From the IMG/VR virus record IMGVR_UViG_3300006033_000024, positions 6,159-70,158 of that record: 64,000 nucleotides of DNA; one strand, 5' to 3'. Shown piece after piece: positions 11,189 to 21,800 of the stretch. A model generated the notes under the pieces. It did no database searches, had not been told where the DNA came from, and saw only the letters and a program-made list of their open reading frames with translations. Source of the stretch: a virus. Made by a program: the position numbers and the translations under genes. Every line of letters begins with the position of its first letter. The first letter of the stretch is position 1.

Positions 11189-11443
11189 ATGAACATCTCA
11201 GGAACACGCATGGTAGGGTCTAACTCGATTTTAACCAGTGTTGCAGACGCGGAAATTCTTCCGAATACTGCTCAACGATTAACGGATTTTGAATTAATGA
11301 ACGATCAAGCATGTACGATTTCAATTAACGGTGGCGCGTTTATTCATTTGAGAGCATTGCAGGGTATTGCTTTTGATTTTGTACAAAGCGCACGGATCCA
11401 TGAAAACGGGATTACGTTTAACTGGATTGGGACGGTGGCTTAG
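11189..11443 (+). CDS. Small hypothetical virion-associated protein
   Basis: RBS AAGGTGG; abuts the next fibre gene. Confidence 0.5.
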   Translation: MNISGTRMVGSNSILTSVADAEILPNTAQRLTDFELMNDQACTISINGGAFIHLRALQGIAFDFVQSARIHENGITFNWIGTVA

Positions 11444-11445
11444 GT

Positions 11446-12894
11446 GTGGCATATTTAAATAAATTATCCGTTATAAGTGGGAAATCAGACATTGGATTAG
11501 AAAATGTAGATAATACTTCTGACGCAAATAAACCCGTATCGATTGCAACACAAACGGAATTGAATCTGAAACAACCTAAAAAATATCGGTTTGGGTTTGA
11601 TGAGTATGGGATGTTCAAGAAGCCATCCGATTTCACTCCGACACTTCCATGTAATTTCTATCGGGATAGTTCCAACGTAATCAAACATGATATGGATTTT
11701 GGTGCATTGAAAACAGGCACGAAAATCTATGTCAATGTTTCAAGTGGAAGTGATTCGACAGGGAATGGAACGATTGGAACACCGTATAAGACGATTCAAA
11801 AAGCGTGTACCATCGCCGCCGCTGGTGCAGATGCAGAGTATAGCGTCGTCGTCACAAGCACCGTTCCATTCTTCCGTGACGAACAATTAGGTGCAATCAC
11901 GTTTACCAACAAGAATATATCCATCGTGCATAACGTGGCAGGAACGAGAATCGTCATGTCGATGGGGCAACGTGGATTGACGTGGACACAAGATGGAACA
12001 GGAACGTGGAAAGCATCACGAACAGGTGTTTATGCGGTCTACGATTTCCGACGCAAAGATGTGAATGGGGTTTACATTCCGTTAGACAATAAATCGAGTT
12101 TAGCGAACTGTCAAGCGAACATCAACTCATGGTACACCGATAGCACCTATATATGGGTGCATACATCGGACGGATTGATTCCGACCGATACGAACATCGC
12201 TGCTTGCGTGCAAGTCACAACGCCGACCGTCACCTTGCTCGGAACTTCAAGAATCTATTTCGAGAATATCGACTTCTGCGCTCTCAATTTTGAATTAGGC
12301 GGAATCATCATCAAAGGTGACGCAACAGGAAGTACGGTTGTCGGTCGGGTGGTCGCAAATGGGTGTACGTTCGCTTCGCAAGGAAGATTGACAACGAATT
12401 ATGGAAATGCCTTCGAAACGCAAGATGTCAAGAACGTGCAACTATTCAATTGTTTCGGAGGGTATGCGAAAGCCGATGTATTCAACTACCACTTCACGAA
12501 TGTTCCAACGAATAATCGCAGGGATTGTTTAGTGCTTGAATACGTTGTCGAAGGATATAACGCAGGTCTTGACCGAACAGATAATAATAACAATGCAACA
12601 ACCGCTCACGAAGGTGCAAATGTGCTTCGAATCGGGTGTTCGGGAAGTAATACGAAAGGGCCTGTTTTAGCCGATGTCGGCGGTTGCTATTCCATCTGTA
12701 TAGATTGCGATATGGTCGATTCTACCTACTCGTTAGGAACGTACTATTTTGAAGCAAATGTCGCAGGGAAAGCAATCCTAATCAACTGTTCGACCGATGA
12801 AGATGCAATCGGTCTAAATGCGAATTGCAAAACATACGCCTACAATTTTATCGGAAATATCTCAAACACAGGGTATCCGATAGTTATGGATTAA
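11446..12894 (+). CDS. Tailspike-like protein with probable right-handed beta-helix (depolymerase-like)
   Basis: KSDIGLENVDNTSD anchor; IYVNVSSGSDSTGNGTIGTPYKTIQKA motif typical of beta-helix N-termini; Asn/Cys-rich strands. Confidence 0.7.
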   Translation: MAYLNKLSVISGKSDIGLENVDNTSDANKPVSIATQTELNLKQPKKYRFGFDEYGMFKKPSDFTPTLPCNFYRDSSNVIKHDMDFGALKTGTKIYVNVSSGSDSTGNGTIGTPYKTIQKACTIAAAGADAEYSVVVTSTVPFFRDEQLGAITFTNKNISIVHNVAGTRIVMSMGQRGLTWTQDGTGTWKASRTGVYAVYDFRRKDVNGVYIPLDNKSSLANCQANINSWYTDSTYIWVHTSDGLIPTDTNIAACVQVTTPTVTLLGTSRIYFENIDFCALNFELGGIIIKGDATGSTVVGRVVANGCTFASQGRLTTNYGNAFETQDVKNVQLFNCFGGYAKADVFNYHFTNVPTNNRRDCLVLEYVVEGYNAGLDRTDNNNNATTAHEGANVLRIGCSGSNTKGPVLADVGGCYSICIDCDMVDSTYSLGTYYFEANVAGKAILINCSTDEDAIGLNANCKTYAYNFIGNISNTGYPIVMD

Positions 12895-13009
12895 CTGACC
12901 CTCAAGGTCACAGAAAGGTATATTATGAAAGCAAAATTGTTAGCAATCGGCAAAGTATTATTCGAACTTTCTGTAACCATGTATCCAATTAAGAAAGGAG
13001 GGTATAAAT

Positions 13010-14419
13010 TTGGCATACTTAAATAAGATAGTCGTACCAGACGATGTTGGTACGGTTACAAGTGTCAACACCCGCATCGGGGATGTTGTTTTAGGGAAAT
13101 CCGACGTTGGTTTAGATAACGCAGATAATACAAGTGATCTTGACAAACCAATTTCTACCGCTACGCAAACAGCGTTGGATTTAAAGGTTGATGAAACAAT
13201 AACGGTTAATGGTTATGCACTGTCAGCCAACGTCAATCTTGGAAAATCAGACGTTGGTCTTGGCAACGTTGACAATACAAGCGACTTAGACAAGCCAATA
13301 TCTACGCTTCAACAGGGTGCGCTTGATCTAAAGATGGATTTGGATGGAAGCAATTCCAACGTTGATGTTTTAAGTTTTGACACTACTGTAACGCTTGGCG
13401 CAATAACCACTGGTCAACTTCAATATGATACGGGCGAAGGCACATTAACCTTGGGGATGAACGGTGGAAATGTTATGCAATCCATCGGTCTTGAACAATA
13501 TATCCGTATTCGCAACGTTGATTCTGTTGAAATTGTTGACGGTGATGTTGTGGCATATTTTGGAACTATTGGGAATAGTGGTAAAATCAACGTTAAACGT
13601 TTTAATCCGGCAACAATGTTGGGTGCTTATATTCTTGGTATCGCCACCGAACACATTGCAATCAACGCCGACGGTTTGTGTACTTATGTCGGTAAGGTTC
13701 GTGGTTTTGATACAAGTGGAACGCCCGTTAGCGAAGTTTGGGTTGATAATGATATTTTGTGGGCACATCCGACGTTGGCTGGCAAAATGACAAAAGTTCA
13801 ACCGACTGCGCCAAGCCAACAAATCTCGATGGGGATTGTTGTAAGTGCTCATGGATCAAACGGAACATTCTCTGTTCGTGTTGTCAACATTCAAGCATTA
13901 TCGCGGTTAACAGATGTTTATGCTCCGACGCGTGCAAGTGGTGATCTATTATATTGGAACGCCGCTAATTTACGTTGGGAAGTGACAAAAGCATCAGCTA
14001 ATTTCTTTATCACGCCCGAAGGTGGTTATGCGATTAAGTTGATCAACAAAACCGGTGGTGCTTCCGTTAAGGGATATGCAGTAACCACAAGCGATACGAC
14101 CGATAATGCGGCTCGTAACATTGTCGTTGATGTTCCTAACCCGATCGGCGTTATTTACGAATCGGGTGTTGCGGACGGTCAGCCGATGTGGGTTGTTGTA
14201 TCTGGTATTGCCGAAGCGTATTTCCAGAACGCGCCGACCCGTGCATTTTTAGCGCGTGGATTTATTACGGGGGATACGGGATATGTTTCTGGACAGATCA
14301 AGTCCGAAGCATTACCAACGTCGCCGTTTGCAACGGATAAACATTTTTATGAACTTGGGCATATTTTGGAAACAAAAGGTGCGCCGGGTTTGGCAAAGAT
14401 GGTATTGCATTTTAATTAA
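13010..14419 (+). CDS. Tail fibre / virion appendage protein
   Basis: VTSVNTRIGDVVL motif and two KSDVGLxNxDNTSDLDKPIST repeats typical of phage fibres. Confidence 0.7.
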   Translation: MAYLNKIVVPDDVGTVTSVNTRIGDVVLGKSDVGLDNADNTSDLDKPISTATQTALDLKVDETITVNGYALSANVNLGKSDVGLGNVDNTSDLDKPISTLQQGALDLKMDLDGSNSNVDVLSFDTTVTLGAITTGQLQYDTGEGTLTLGMNGGNVMQSIGLEQYIRIRNVDSVEIVDGDVVAYFGTIGNSGKINVKRFNPATMLGAYILGIATEHIAINADGLCTYVGKVRGFDTSGTPVSEVWVDNDILWAHPTLAGKMTKVQPTAPSQQISMGIVVSAHGSNGTFSVRVVNIQALSRLTDVYAPTRASGDLLYWNAANLRWEVTKASANFFITPEGGYAIKLINKTGGASVKGYAVTTSDTTDNAARNIVVDVPNPIGVIYESGVADGQPMWVVVSGIAEAYFQNAPTRAFLARGFITGDTGYVSGQIKSEALPTSPFATDKHFYELGHILETKGAPGLAKMVLHFN

Positions 14420-14423
14420 GTAT

Positions 14424-14463
14424 AAAAACCCCGTAGTCTGGATGGATTACGGGGTTTCCTTTT
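14424..14463 (+). terminator. Rho-independent terminator
   Basis: AAACCCCGTAGTC-tggatg-GATTACGGGGTTT hairpin followed by CCTTTT. Confidence 0.8.
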
Positions 14464-14477
14464 AAGGTGGTGAAATA

Positions 14478-14687
14478 ATGTCACTAAGATACCAGACCCA
14501 AATCCCAAATTCGGAATCCGATCAAGGGATTGACAATTATGATTACAGTGCTTTATTGCGTTTGATCCGTGCAAGGGCGGGGTTCGTTTTTGCGAACACT
14601 GAATTTGACAACTTGCAGAATCAGATCAATGCGATTGAAGCAACCAGTTTGATTACGTTGACCGACCCAGAAGAGGTGCTTACATAA
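14478..14687 (+). CDS. Small hypothetical protein
   Basis: RBS AAGGTGG; TAATG coupling to the next gene. Confidence 0.6.
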   Translation: MSLRYQTQIPNSESDQGIDNYDYSALLRLIRARAGFVFANTEFDNLQNQINAIEATSLITLTDPEEVLT

Positions 14688-15274
14688 TGGAACAAATCAC
14701 TTATTATGTCAACACACAAACAGTCACGGGGAACCCACCCTACGAGGGTGATCACCAAACGATTAAACTTGTGCTTGACTTTACTGAAACTGACTATGAA
14801 GATTGGCCGAAATTCGTAGACTTTATTATTCCGGGCAACGTCCCCAGTTTTAAATCTTTGGGTTCGGACACAATCGTTAATTATATAATGACGAACGCCG
14901 AATTAAAAACAGGAACGTTGTACATCCAACCTTATGCGAAACTTCCTACTGGTGAAACCAAACGTTTTTCGATCTATAATTTAAAGGTCGATGATTCGTT
15001 GGTTGTCATTACGGATATGTCTGTAATAACGCAAGACATCTTGGATTTTCTAAATACGCAACTTAATTTAAAGGTTGATAAGGTTGCAGGCAAGAGTTTG
15101 ATTGCCGATTCTGCCATAACGGACTTAACCGATGGCAACGACACTTCGTTACACGTCCATGATTCAAGATATTACACGGAGAGCGAAGTCGATGGTCTAC
15201 TTGGAAACAAGGTGGACAAGATTACCGGATACGGATTGATTTCGTTAACAGATCCTTTGGAGGTTTTAACATGA
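14687..15274 (+). CDS. Baseplate-upper (BppU-like) / fibre-anchor protein
   Basis: YEGDHQTIKLVLDF N-terminus; HVHDSRYYTESEVD and KVDK fibre motifs. Confidence 0.55.
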   Translation: MEQITYYVNTQTVTGNPPYEGDHQTIKLVLDFTETDYEDWPKFVDFIIPGNVPSFKSLGSDTIVNYIMTNAELKTGTLYIQPYAKLPTGETKRFSIYNLKVDDSLVVITDMSVITQDILDFLNTQLNLKVDKVAGKSLIADSAITDLTDGNDTSLHVHDSRYYTESEVDGLLGNKVDKITGYGLISLTDPLEVLT

Positions 15275-15276
15275 AA

Positions 15277-15294
15277 ATAAAATACTCGTTTTAT
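15277..15294. repeat. ATAAAA-N6-TTTTAT site (TACTCG)
   Basis: Just upstream of the 780-aa fibre gene. Confidence 0.85.
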
Positions 15295-15316
15295 GTGAGA
15301 AAAGGTGGTGAGTTGA

Positions 15317-17659
15317 ATGGCTAAATATATTAAGACAATGGTGGATGCCAACGGGGATACAATTTATCCACGCACACGGGCAAATGCCGTCACGATGTCG
15401 GATGGTGCAACCAATTTAGAAACCAAGATCAACTCCAAAGTTGATAAGACACAAAAAGTCAATACAAAGGCTTTGTCTGGCGATGTTACCCTTAACGCCG
15501 TTGATATTCCAAATACCCCTGCGGGTGGTATTGCAGCGACTAACGTCCAAACTGCGATCGACGAGTTGGACACCGAAAAGGTACGTAGGGCCGGAACATC
15601 TACAATTTCCGGTGTAAACGCAGAAGCAATCGGAAGTGGTCAAATCGCAAGTGGTGTAAACTCTTTTGCCGAAGGTGCGAATAACCGAGCATTGGGTGAC
15701 TTTTCCCATGCCGAAGGATACGATACCGAAGCATCCAATAACCAAGCACATACCGAAGGGGCTCAAACCTTTGCACAAGGGCAACAATCTCACGCAGAAG
15801 GATTGGGTACGGTTGCGTATGGTAAGGCACAACACGCAAGTGGAAAGTGGAATGTCATTCAAGGAAACCCAAGTGTTGCCAATCCAACCGATCATGCCTA
15901 TATTGTCGGAAACGGAACGGACGATGCCAACCGATCCAACGCTCTTGCCTTGCAATGGGATGGGAAGTTGCTTATTACCGATGTTGAAAGTTTTGACGGT
16001 ACGAAGCATCTGATCACAACCGATGAAAAGTTGAAGTTGTCCGGGATTGAAGCCGGTGCAGAAGTCAACAACCTTACCGATGTGAACGCACTTGACTTGA
16101 CCGATGGTGGCGATACCACGTTGCATACCCATGATGGACGGTACTACACCGAAACCGAAGTCGATACCAAAGATGCACTCAAAGCCGACAAGGTAATGGC
16201 AACGAACTTAGTAACGAATGGGGATTTCTCAAATGGTACGACAGGGTGGAGTGCGGGAAATGGCACTTTGGCAGTAACCAATGGAAAAGCGTTAGTCACA
16301 GGAACGGGGGCAAGTTCAAGTGTTTTGTTGATTCCGTCTGCGGGAGGGGCATCGGCTCTACTCAATGATAAAGTGTACATATCGGCACTTGTAAAAGTTC
16401 CAACCGAAGCTGATTATGTTGCATTACAACTTTATAATAATGCCTCTACGGTCGAAATCCCTTCAAGTTTAGGGAAGCCAATTGTTGACACAAGGGTTTC
16501 TACCATATACACACTAACGGCTGACCGACCCATTTTAAGAGGTGGTGTGCGTTGTTATTTCCCAAGTGCCGCTATCGCAAATGGGAAAATCTTTGAAGCA
16601 GATAATATCTTGTTAATCAATCTCACTCAAATCTTCGGCGCTGGTCTTGAACCGTCCAAAGAGCAAATCGACCGATTGCTTTCCATCTATCCGAACTCAT
16701 GGTTCAACGGAACATCTGAACTTGCGAACGTGAAGCAGTTGTGGAATGAAAAGGTTGACCGACTTCTTGCGACAAACTTGGTGACCAATGGGGATTTCAG
16801 CAATGGTACGACAGGGTGGTCTATGTCGGGTGCTTCCACAGCATCGGCATCGAATATTATGACTTCAACAGGCGATGGAACATCGACTATGTTTATTGGA
16901 ACACACGCAACCTCGTTTGTTTCAGCCGTAGGGAAAAAAGTTTATGCAAAATTAAAGGTTCGATTCAGAACAGCATTACCCAATCAATTTGAATTTATTG
17001 TAGATGGAATTACGGCAGGAACAAACCAAATTTTAGTAAAAACAGGGTTGGTTCTTGATACTTGGTATGACATGAGTTTTGTGGCAACACAACCGTCTGA
17101 TGTTTTGGGTTTTATAGCGTTGAAAACAGTTGCGACATATTCAAGTTCTGGTGTTGCATTAAACGCACTTATAGATTTCCAATACGTTCTTGCTCTCGAC
17201 CTAACATCCATCTTCGGTGCAGGGAAAGAACCGACCGCCGTTCAAATGGATAACCTACTCGCCAACTTCCCAAACTCATGGTTTAACGGAACGGTGGAAT
17301 TAGCAAGTCTGCTGAACATTCTGAACACGAAAGCAGATAAGACACAGGAAGCGTGGATTACACCGACATTGTTGAATGGTGCGACAAATGTTAGCGGTTA
17401 TGATGTTGGCTATTTTAAGACGTCTATTGGAATGGTTGCATTGAGGGGAAGAATCAATGTAACACAAGCAGGCACTTCAACATTTTTGTTACCAGCAGGA
17501 TATAAGTCATTAAGAAATTTAGCATTTCCTTTAATAAATATATCAACTAATACAGTAACAGCAAGACTTGTTTTAAGTGGTGGGAATAGTGCTGAATTTT
17601 ATGGGACGATACCAGCATCTTATTCATTGGATGGAATCATATTCAAGGCAGAAGCGTGA
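15317..17659 (+). CDS. Multi-domain tail fibre: YadA-head-like repeats plus two tandem carbohydrate-binding-like modules
   Basis: HAEG repeats, HTHDGRYYTETEVD, two NLVTNGDFSNGTTGW..IFGAGxEP modules, C-terminal WITPTLLNG..LPAGY domain. Confidence 0.82.
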   Translation: MAKYIKTMVDANGDTIYPRTRANAVTMSDGATNLETKINSKVDKTQKVNTKALSGDVTLNAVDIPNTPAGGIAATNVQTAIDELDTEKVRRAGTSTISGVNAEAIGSGQIASGVNSFAEGANNRALGDFSHAEGYDTEASNNQAHTEGAQTFAQGQQSHAEGLGTVAYGKAQHASGKWNVIQGNPSVANPTDHAYIVGNGTDDANRSNALALQWDGKLLITDVESFDGTKHLITTDEKLKLSGIEAGAEVNNLTDVNALDLTDGGDTTLHTHDGRYYTETEVDTKDALKADKVMATNLVTNGDFSNGTTGWSAGNGTLAVTNGKALVTGTGASSSVLLIPSAGGASALLNDKVYISALVKVPTEADYVALQLYNNASTVEIPSSLGKPIVDTRVSTIYTLTADRPILRGGVRCYFPSAAIANGKIFEADNILLINLTQIFGAGLEPSKEQIDRLLSIYPNSWFNGTSELANVKQLWNEKVDRLLATNLVTNGDFSNGTTGWSMSGASTASASNIMTSTGDGTSTMFIGTHATSFVSAVGKKVYAKLKVRFRTALPNQFEFIVDGITAGTNQILVKTGLVLDTWYDMSFVATQPSDVLGFIALKTVATYSSSGVALNALIDFQYVLALDLTSIFGAGKEPTAVQMDNLLANFPNSWFNGTVELASLLNILNTKADKTQEAWITPTLLNGATNVSGYDVGYFKTSIGMVALRGRINVTQAGTSTFLLPAGYKSLRNLAFPLINISTNTVTARLVLSGGNSAEFYGTIPASYSLDGIIFKAEA

Positions 17660-17670
17660 GGTGAAACAAC

Positions 17671-18051
17671 ATGAAACTATACAGAGTAACTGACTTAAAC
17701 GGAAACTTCTTGCGTGATGATTTCACGTTTGATGAACTGACCGAAAAAGGAATTGAAGTGGATGTACCGCAAGGATTCATCAGTCCGAAATGGGATGGTA
17801 CACAATGGATTGAAGGTGCGACACCGACAAAGTTAGCCGAAGTTGAAACGCAACGGTTAGTGTTCACGTTGAGCGAAGAAAACAGGACGAGCATCAATGC
17901 GTTCTTGAAAACGGCGATTGACGAAAACAAAGTCTACACAGCGTTGACTGCACCGACCACAACGCAGAACACGAAGCAGATTAAGGCATTGACGAAGCAG
18001 ACCAACAAGATGATTCGATTGATGTTGAACTTGTTGGATTCGGCAGAATAG
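17671..18051 (+). CDS. Tail fibre assembly/chaperone-like protein
   Basis: VPQGFISPKWDGTQWIEGAT motif, directly after the fibre gene. Confidence 0.6.
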   Translation: MKLYRVTDLNGNFLRDDFTFDELTEKGIEVDVPQGFISPKWDGTQWIEGATPTKLAEVETQRLVFTLSEENRTSINAFLKTAIDENKVYTALTAPTTTQNTKQIKALTKQTNKMIRLMLNLLDSAE

Positions 18052-18060
18052 CATAAAATT

Positions 18061-18098
18061 AAAAGGTATGATCCATAAAAAGACCATACCTTTTTTTT
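18061..18098. terminator. Probable bidirectional terminator at the strand switch
   Basis: AAAAGGTATG..CATACCTTTTTTTT inverted repeat between convergent gene blocks. Confidence 0.75.
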
Positions 18099-18102
18099 AG
18101 CG

Positions 18103-18120
18103 ATAAAATAGTAATTTTAT
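18103..18120. repeat. ATAAAA-N6-TTTTAT site (TAGTAA)
   Basis: Just after the terminator ending the + strand block. Confidence 0.85.
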
Positions 18121-18129
18121 TTGAGCATT

Positions 18130-18218
18130 TGTAGGACGCGTGTAAATGTTGGGACATGTATTTATATTGGTTTGTACCAAACATTCGTCCATAAGTCTGA
18201 AAATAAGCGTAGAACAAG
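18130..18218 (+). repeat. Dispersed ~65-bp element, divergent copy C
   Basis: TGTAGGACG..GTAAATGTTGG..CGTCCATA then GTCTGAAAATAAG, shared with copy B. Confidence 0.55.
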
Positions 18219-18219
18219 A

Positions 18220-18813
18220 TTATGCCATGTTTAAGTCTTCCGGCATGAAGTAATGTTCTCTGATCAACTGTTTGCGATAAGATTGGATAAACGCCTTGAT
18301 CCGCATATTCACGCCACCACGCGTAATCCCAAACCTGTCTGCAATTTCTTGGTATCCAAGTTCGTCAATATAATAATCTAACACCATCTGGGCAGTATCC
18401 TTCATGGGATGATTTTGAATGTCGTGAACAACCTTTTCAAAGATGATATGATTCAATGAATCAATGGCCGGCGTCTGTAGATCTACAAAGAAATTGCCAG
18501 ATCCTTCTTCGCTATCTTCTTTGCCGGAATACTTCTGAAACGAATGGGTTTCACCGTCACGTTCGATAGTCTTATGTTTACGCAGATAGGTGTCTATAAA
18601 CCGACGGTAGATTGACATCCACAAGAAGGTTTCAATTTTGTTATTCTTTTCCGGATCATAATCGGATAACGCTTTCCACAACCCGATCCGTCCAACTTGC
18701 ATCAATTCATCGTATTCATCCAACCAATATAGATTCTTACGCTTGATGACGCTGCCGATCAACGGTTCGTACTTCTCAATCAATTCATTTTGTTCTTCTG
18801 GTGTGTAGTTCAT
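18220..18813 (-). CDS. Phage sigma-70 family RNA polymerase sigma factor
   Basis: Region 2 (DELMQVGRIGLWKALSDYD) and region 4 HTH (YQEIADRFGITRGGV). Confidence 0.88.
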   Translation of the reverse strand: MNYTPEEQNELIEKYEPLIGSVIKRKNLYWLDEYDELMQVGRIGLWKALSDYDPEKNNKIETFLWMSIYRRFIDTYLRKHKTIERDGETHSFQKYSGKEDSEEGSGNFFVDLQTPAIDSLNHIIFEKVVHDIQNHPMKDTAQMVLDYYIDELGYQEIADRFGITRGGVNMRIKAFIQSYRKQLIREHYFMPEDLNMA

Positions 18814-18836
18814 ACATTCACTCTTTCTATCAAGTC

Positions 18837-18872
18837 AATAGGGACATATCGTAAAGATACATCCCTATTTTT
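18837..18872. terminator. Hairpin / possible terminator after dnaE
   Basis: AATAGGGA..TCCCTATT inverted repeat right after the dnaE stop. Confidence 0.5.
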
Positions 18873-21800
18873 TAGCTGTTAACTTTGCGGTATGATTTCA
18901 GATACCAATTCACATATTTGCCGGATGTTTGTTTTTCCAACCAGTCCACCTTTGTGAAGATGATGTCGTACTTGCGAATCGGATTCTGATCATACACGCG
19001 ACTGCTTAGCATCAGTTCGGAACGTTTGCCAGAACCTAAGCTGGACGTTTCTAACTTGTAAGCCCAAATCTTCTTCTTGTCTTTGGTTTTCATCGCCGTT
19101 ATATCCACGATGACCAACTTGGTAGCATCTTCCAGTTTACCGGTCGATAGATCGACATACCCCAAGTGTTCCTTTTGGTATTGTATCTTTTCGGCAACAG
19201 ATAAATCGGGTAGATCCAAAGATAGAATGTACTGACCGATTTCGGCTAGGATCTCTTGGATGTTTCCATCAATGCGATATTGTCGATCTGTTTCACGGGC
19301 GTTACGGGCGATGATGCTACGGATGATTTCGTCTTCAATGGTATCCTTCTTGATGACCTTTGATGATCCGTACTTGGCATAATAATTATTCACTTGTAGC
19401 AATTCCGCAACATTCCCGAATTCATTGAAGAATCCGATCTTGATCAGAATGTCAAGTTGCTTTGTGTTAATGGATGTTGTAGCAAGGTCGCGCAACAACG
19501 CAACGAAGTCTGGATATTTATTTCCATAGAACCGTTGCATTTCATCGGCGACCGATGCGTTCATATACTTAATCGATTCTAACCCTTTATAGACAGAATT
19601 CGTTTCGCGATCCATATAGTATTCAGATTTCGAATACCGGAACTTAGGACGTTTAACCCGTATTCCATGTTTGGCAGCGTAATTCGTGACTTCAATTGTC
19701 TTGGCTTCTTTGTCGCGAAATACATTCAACGCCGTCGTAATAAATTCAAGTGGATAGTAATGTCGCAAATATCCACACGCATATCCAATGTATGAATACG
19801 CATCCGAATGATTTGACGAGAACATATAGGAACTAGCGTCTTCAACAACTTTCAAGAAAGACTGGATCACTTCGTGGGCATAATCTTTTTCATACCCATA
19901 TTTCTTGTGAACGAAGTCAACGAATCGGCGTTCGATTTCCGGTAACAACTTATCGGTGCCCTTCTTTTTACTGACGGCGCGACGAACGTTGTCGGCTTCG
20001 GATCCACTATAACCACAGAACGTTGTTAGAAACTTCATAACTTGCTCTTGGAAAACACATCGACCCAACGTATCGGAAAAGAATTGATTGATTTCTGGCA
20101 TGCCGTTATCGTAGATTTTACCTTCGGCAATTTCATCCCTAAAACTTGCACAACCCGGTCGCAACGCACCGTTAGCGAACGAGAACCATTTTAGATAACT
20201 AAACTGGGCGTTTTGTTCTTTAGCACGTTGTAATGTCGTTTCGCTAAAGAACTTGTTCATATACTGCGTTCCCATGGGTGAATTCCACTGGAAGATTGCG
20301 GCAGTATCCGAATGAATACTGTTCCACACTTTTTCATCTTCCAGATCAATGTTGTCCGGCGTAATCAATGGAATACCGGCTAACGCACATGTATCATTGA
20401 TGACTGCGATGTTGTCAAGACCCAATATATCCATCTTGACATAATTCAAAGCATCTAATTCTTTCATATCTAACATAGATACAGGATAGTCGCTTTGGGC
20501 GACGCTACACATTCCAATCGTTTCTTCAATGTCCAAATCGCTTAACAATACACCACTTGGATGTGAACCGATGGAAACAATCGTCCCCTGTACAATGTCT
20601 ACATAGTAGAACAATATGGGATACTTTTCGCGCCATTTCGGATCAATAAATTGTTGTTGGTTTTCATCTTCTTCGACTTCATTGGATATGGCGTCGGTCA
20701 CGTCTAACGGCATTTCCAACGCACGACCAATATCCTTAATCGAACCCTTTAAAGCCAAAGTATTAAAGGTAATGATTTCGCTTGATCGTAGGTTCGATAG
20801 ATTCATCTTATCTTTAAGAATGAACCCCTTGACCTTATCACGATCTTCCGAACCATAGTCCGTGTCAATATCGGCTAACGATACGCGATCCGGATTGATG
20901 AACCGGAAAAAGTTTAGGTCAAACTTAATGCTATCCATCTTGGTGATTCCAAGAACATAGGCGATGAAGGATCCGTTGACAGATCCACGTCCTACGCCAC
21001 GATGGATGTTATTCGCACGTTCCCATTGAAGTTTATAGTTTTCAAGCAACATAAACTCATGGGCGCCGGTCTTAACATAGGCGTCAAATTCAGTATCAAC
21101 AACTTCGCGAATCTTAGCCTGCGTATGTACTTTGTGGATTGTCGGATGCAACTTGATAGCAGCTTCGACTTCTTCCCGAAACCTTTCAATTGGATTGTCA
21201 TAAATCTGAGGATACTTATTACTACGATCAATCGTAAACGTTTCTACCATATCCGCCATACGGTTGGTATTTTCAATCGCATCAATATATATGAACGAAT
21301 CGACGACACCCTGTTTTGCATAGGCATCTAACAATTCATCGTAGGTTTTAAACGTCAAATCCCAACCTTCTTCATCATCAAAGAAAACCTTTTTGGCACG
21401 TTGCAACATCACGCGACCTTCTGCGTGTTTCTCGTTTAGGGAATGTGTGTCGCTGCCGGCAATTAATGGAATCCCATACTGTTTGCTATATTCTATCATG
21501 CGTAGATTGTATTCTTTTTGTTTGTCAACATTGTGATGTTGGATTTCAAGAAAACACCGATCGGCATTTGCGCTCATATAATCCAACATACTTTGTTGCA
21601 GTTCGGCAGATCCACGCCCTAAGACGCCACCGATACACGCCGTCGTTAGGATAAGGTTGTCTGAAATGCCAAACAACTCTTTAAACGTAATGCGTGGCGA
21701 ATAGTAATAATGTCCGTCTTCACGATTGAACGATTTACTGACCAACCGATTCAACTCAAGAAAACCTTGGTAGTTTTTGGCAATTAAAATAAGGTGGTAG

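Noticed and set aside
7710-17659. Diversity-generating retroelement acting on the fibres
   Set aside because: No reverse transcriptase is in the window, and the duplicated blocks differ at synonymous positions of all bases, not only adenines.
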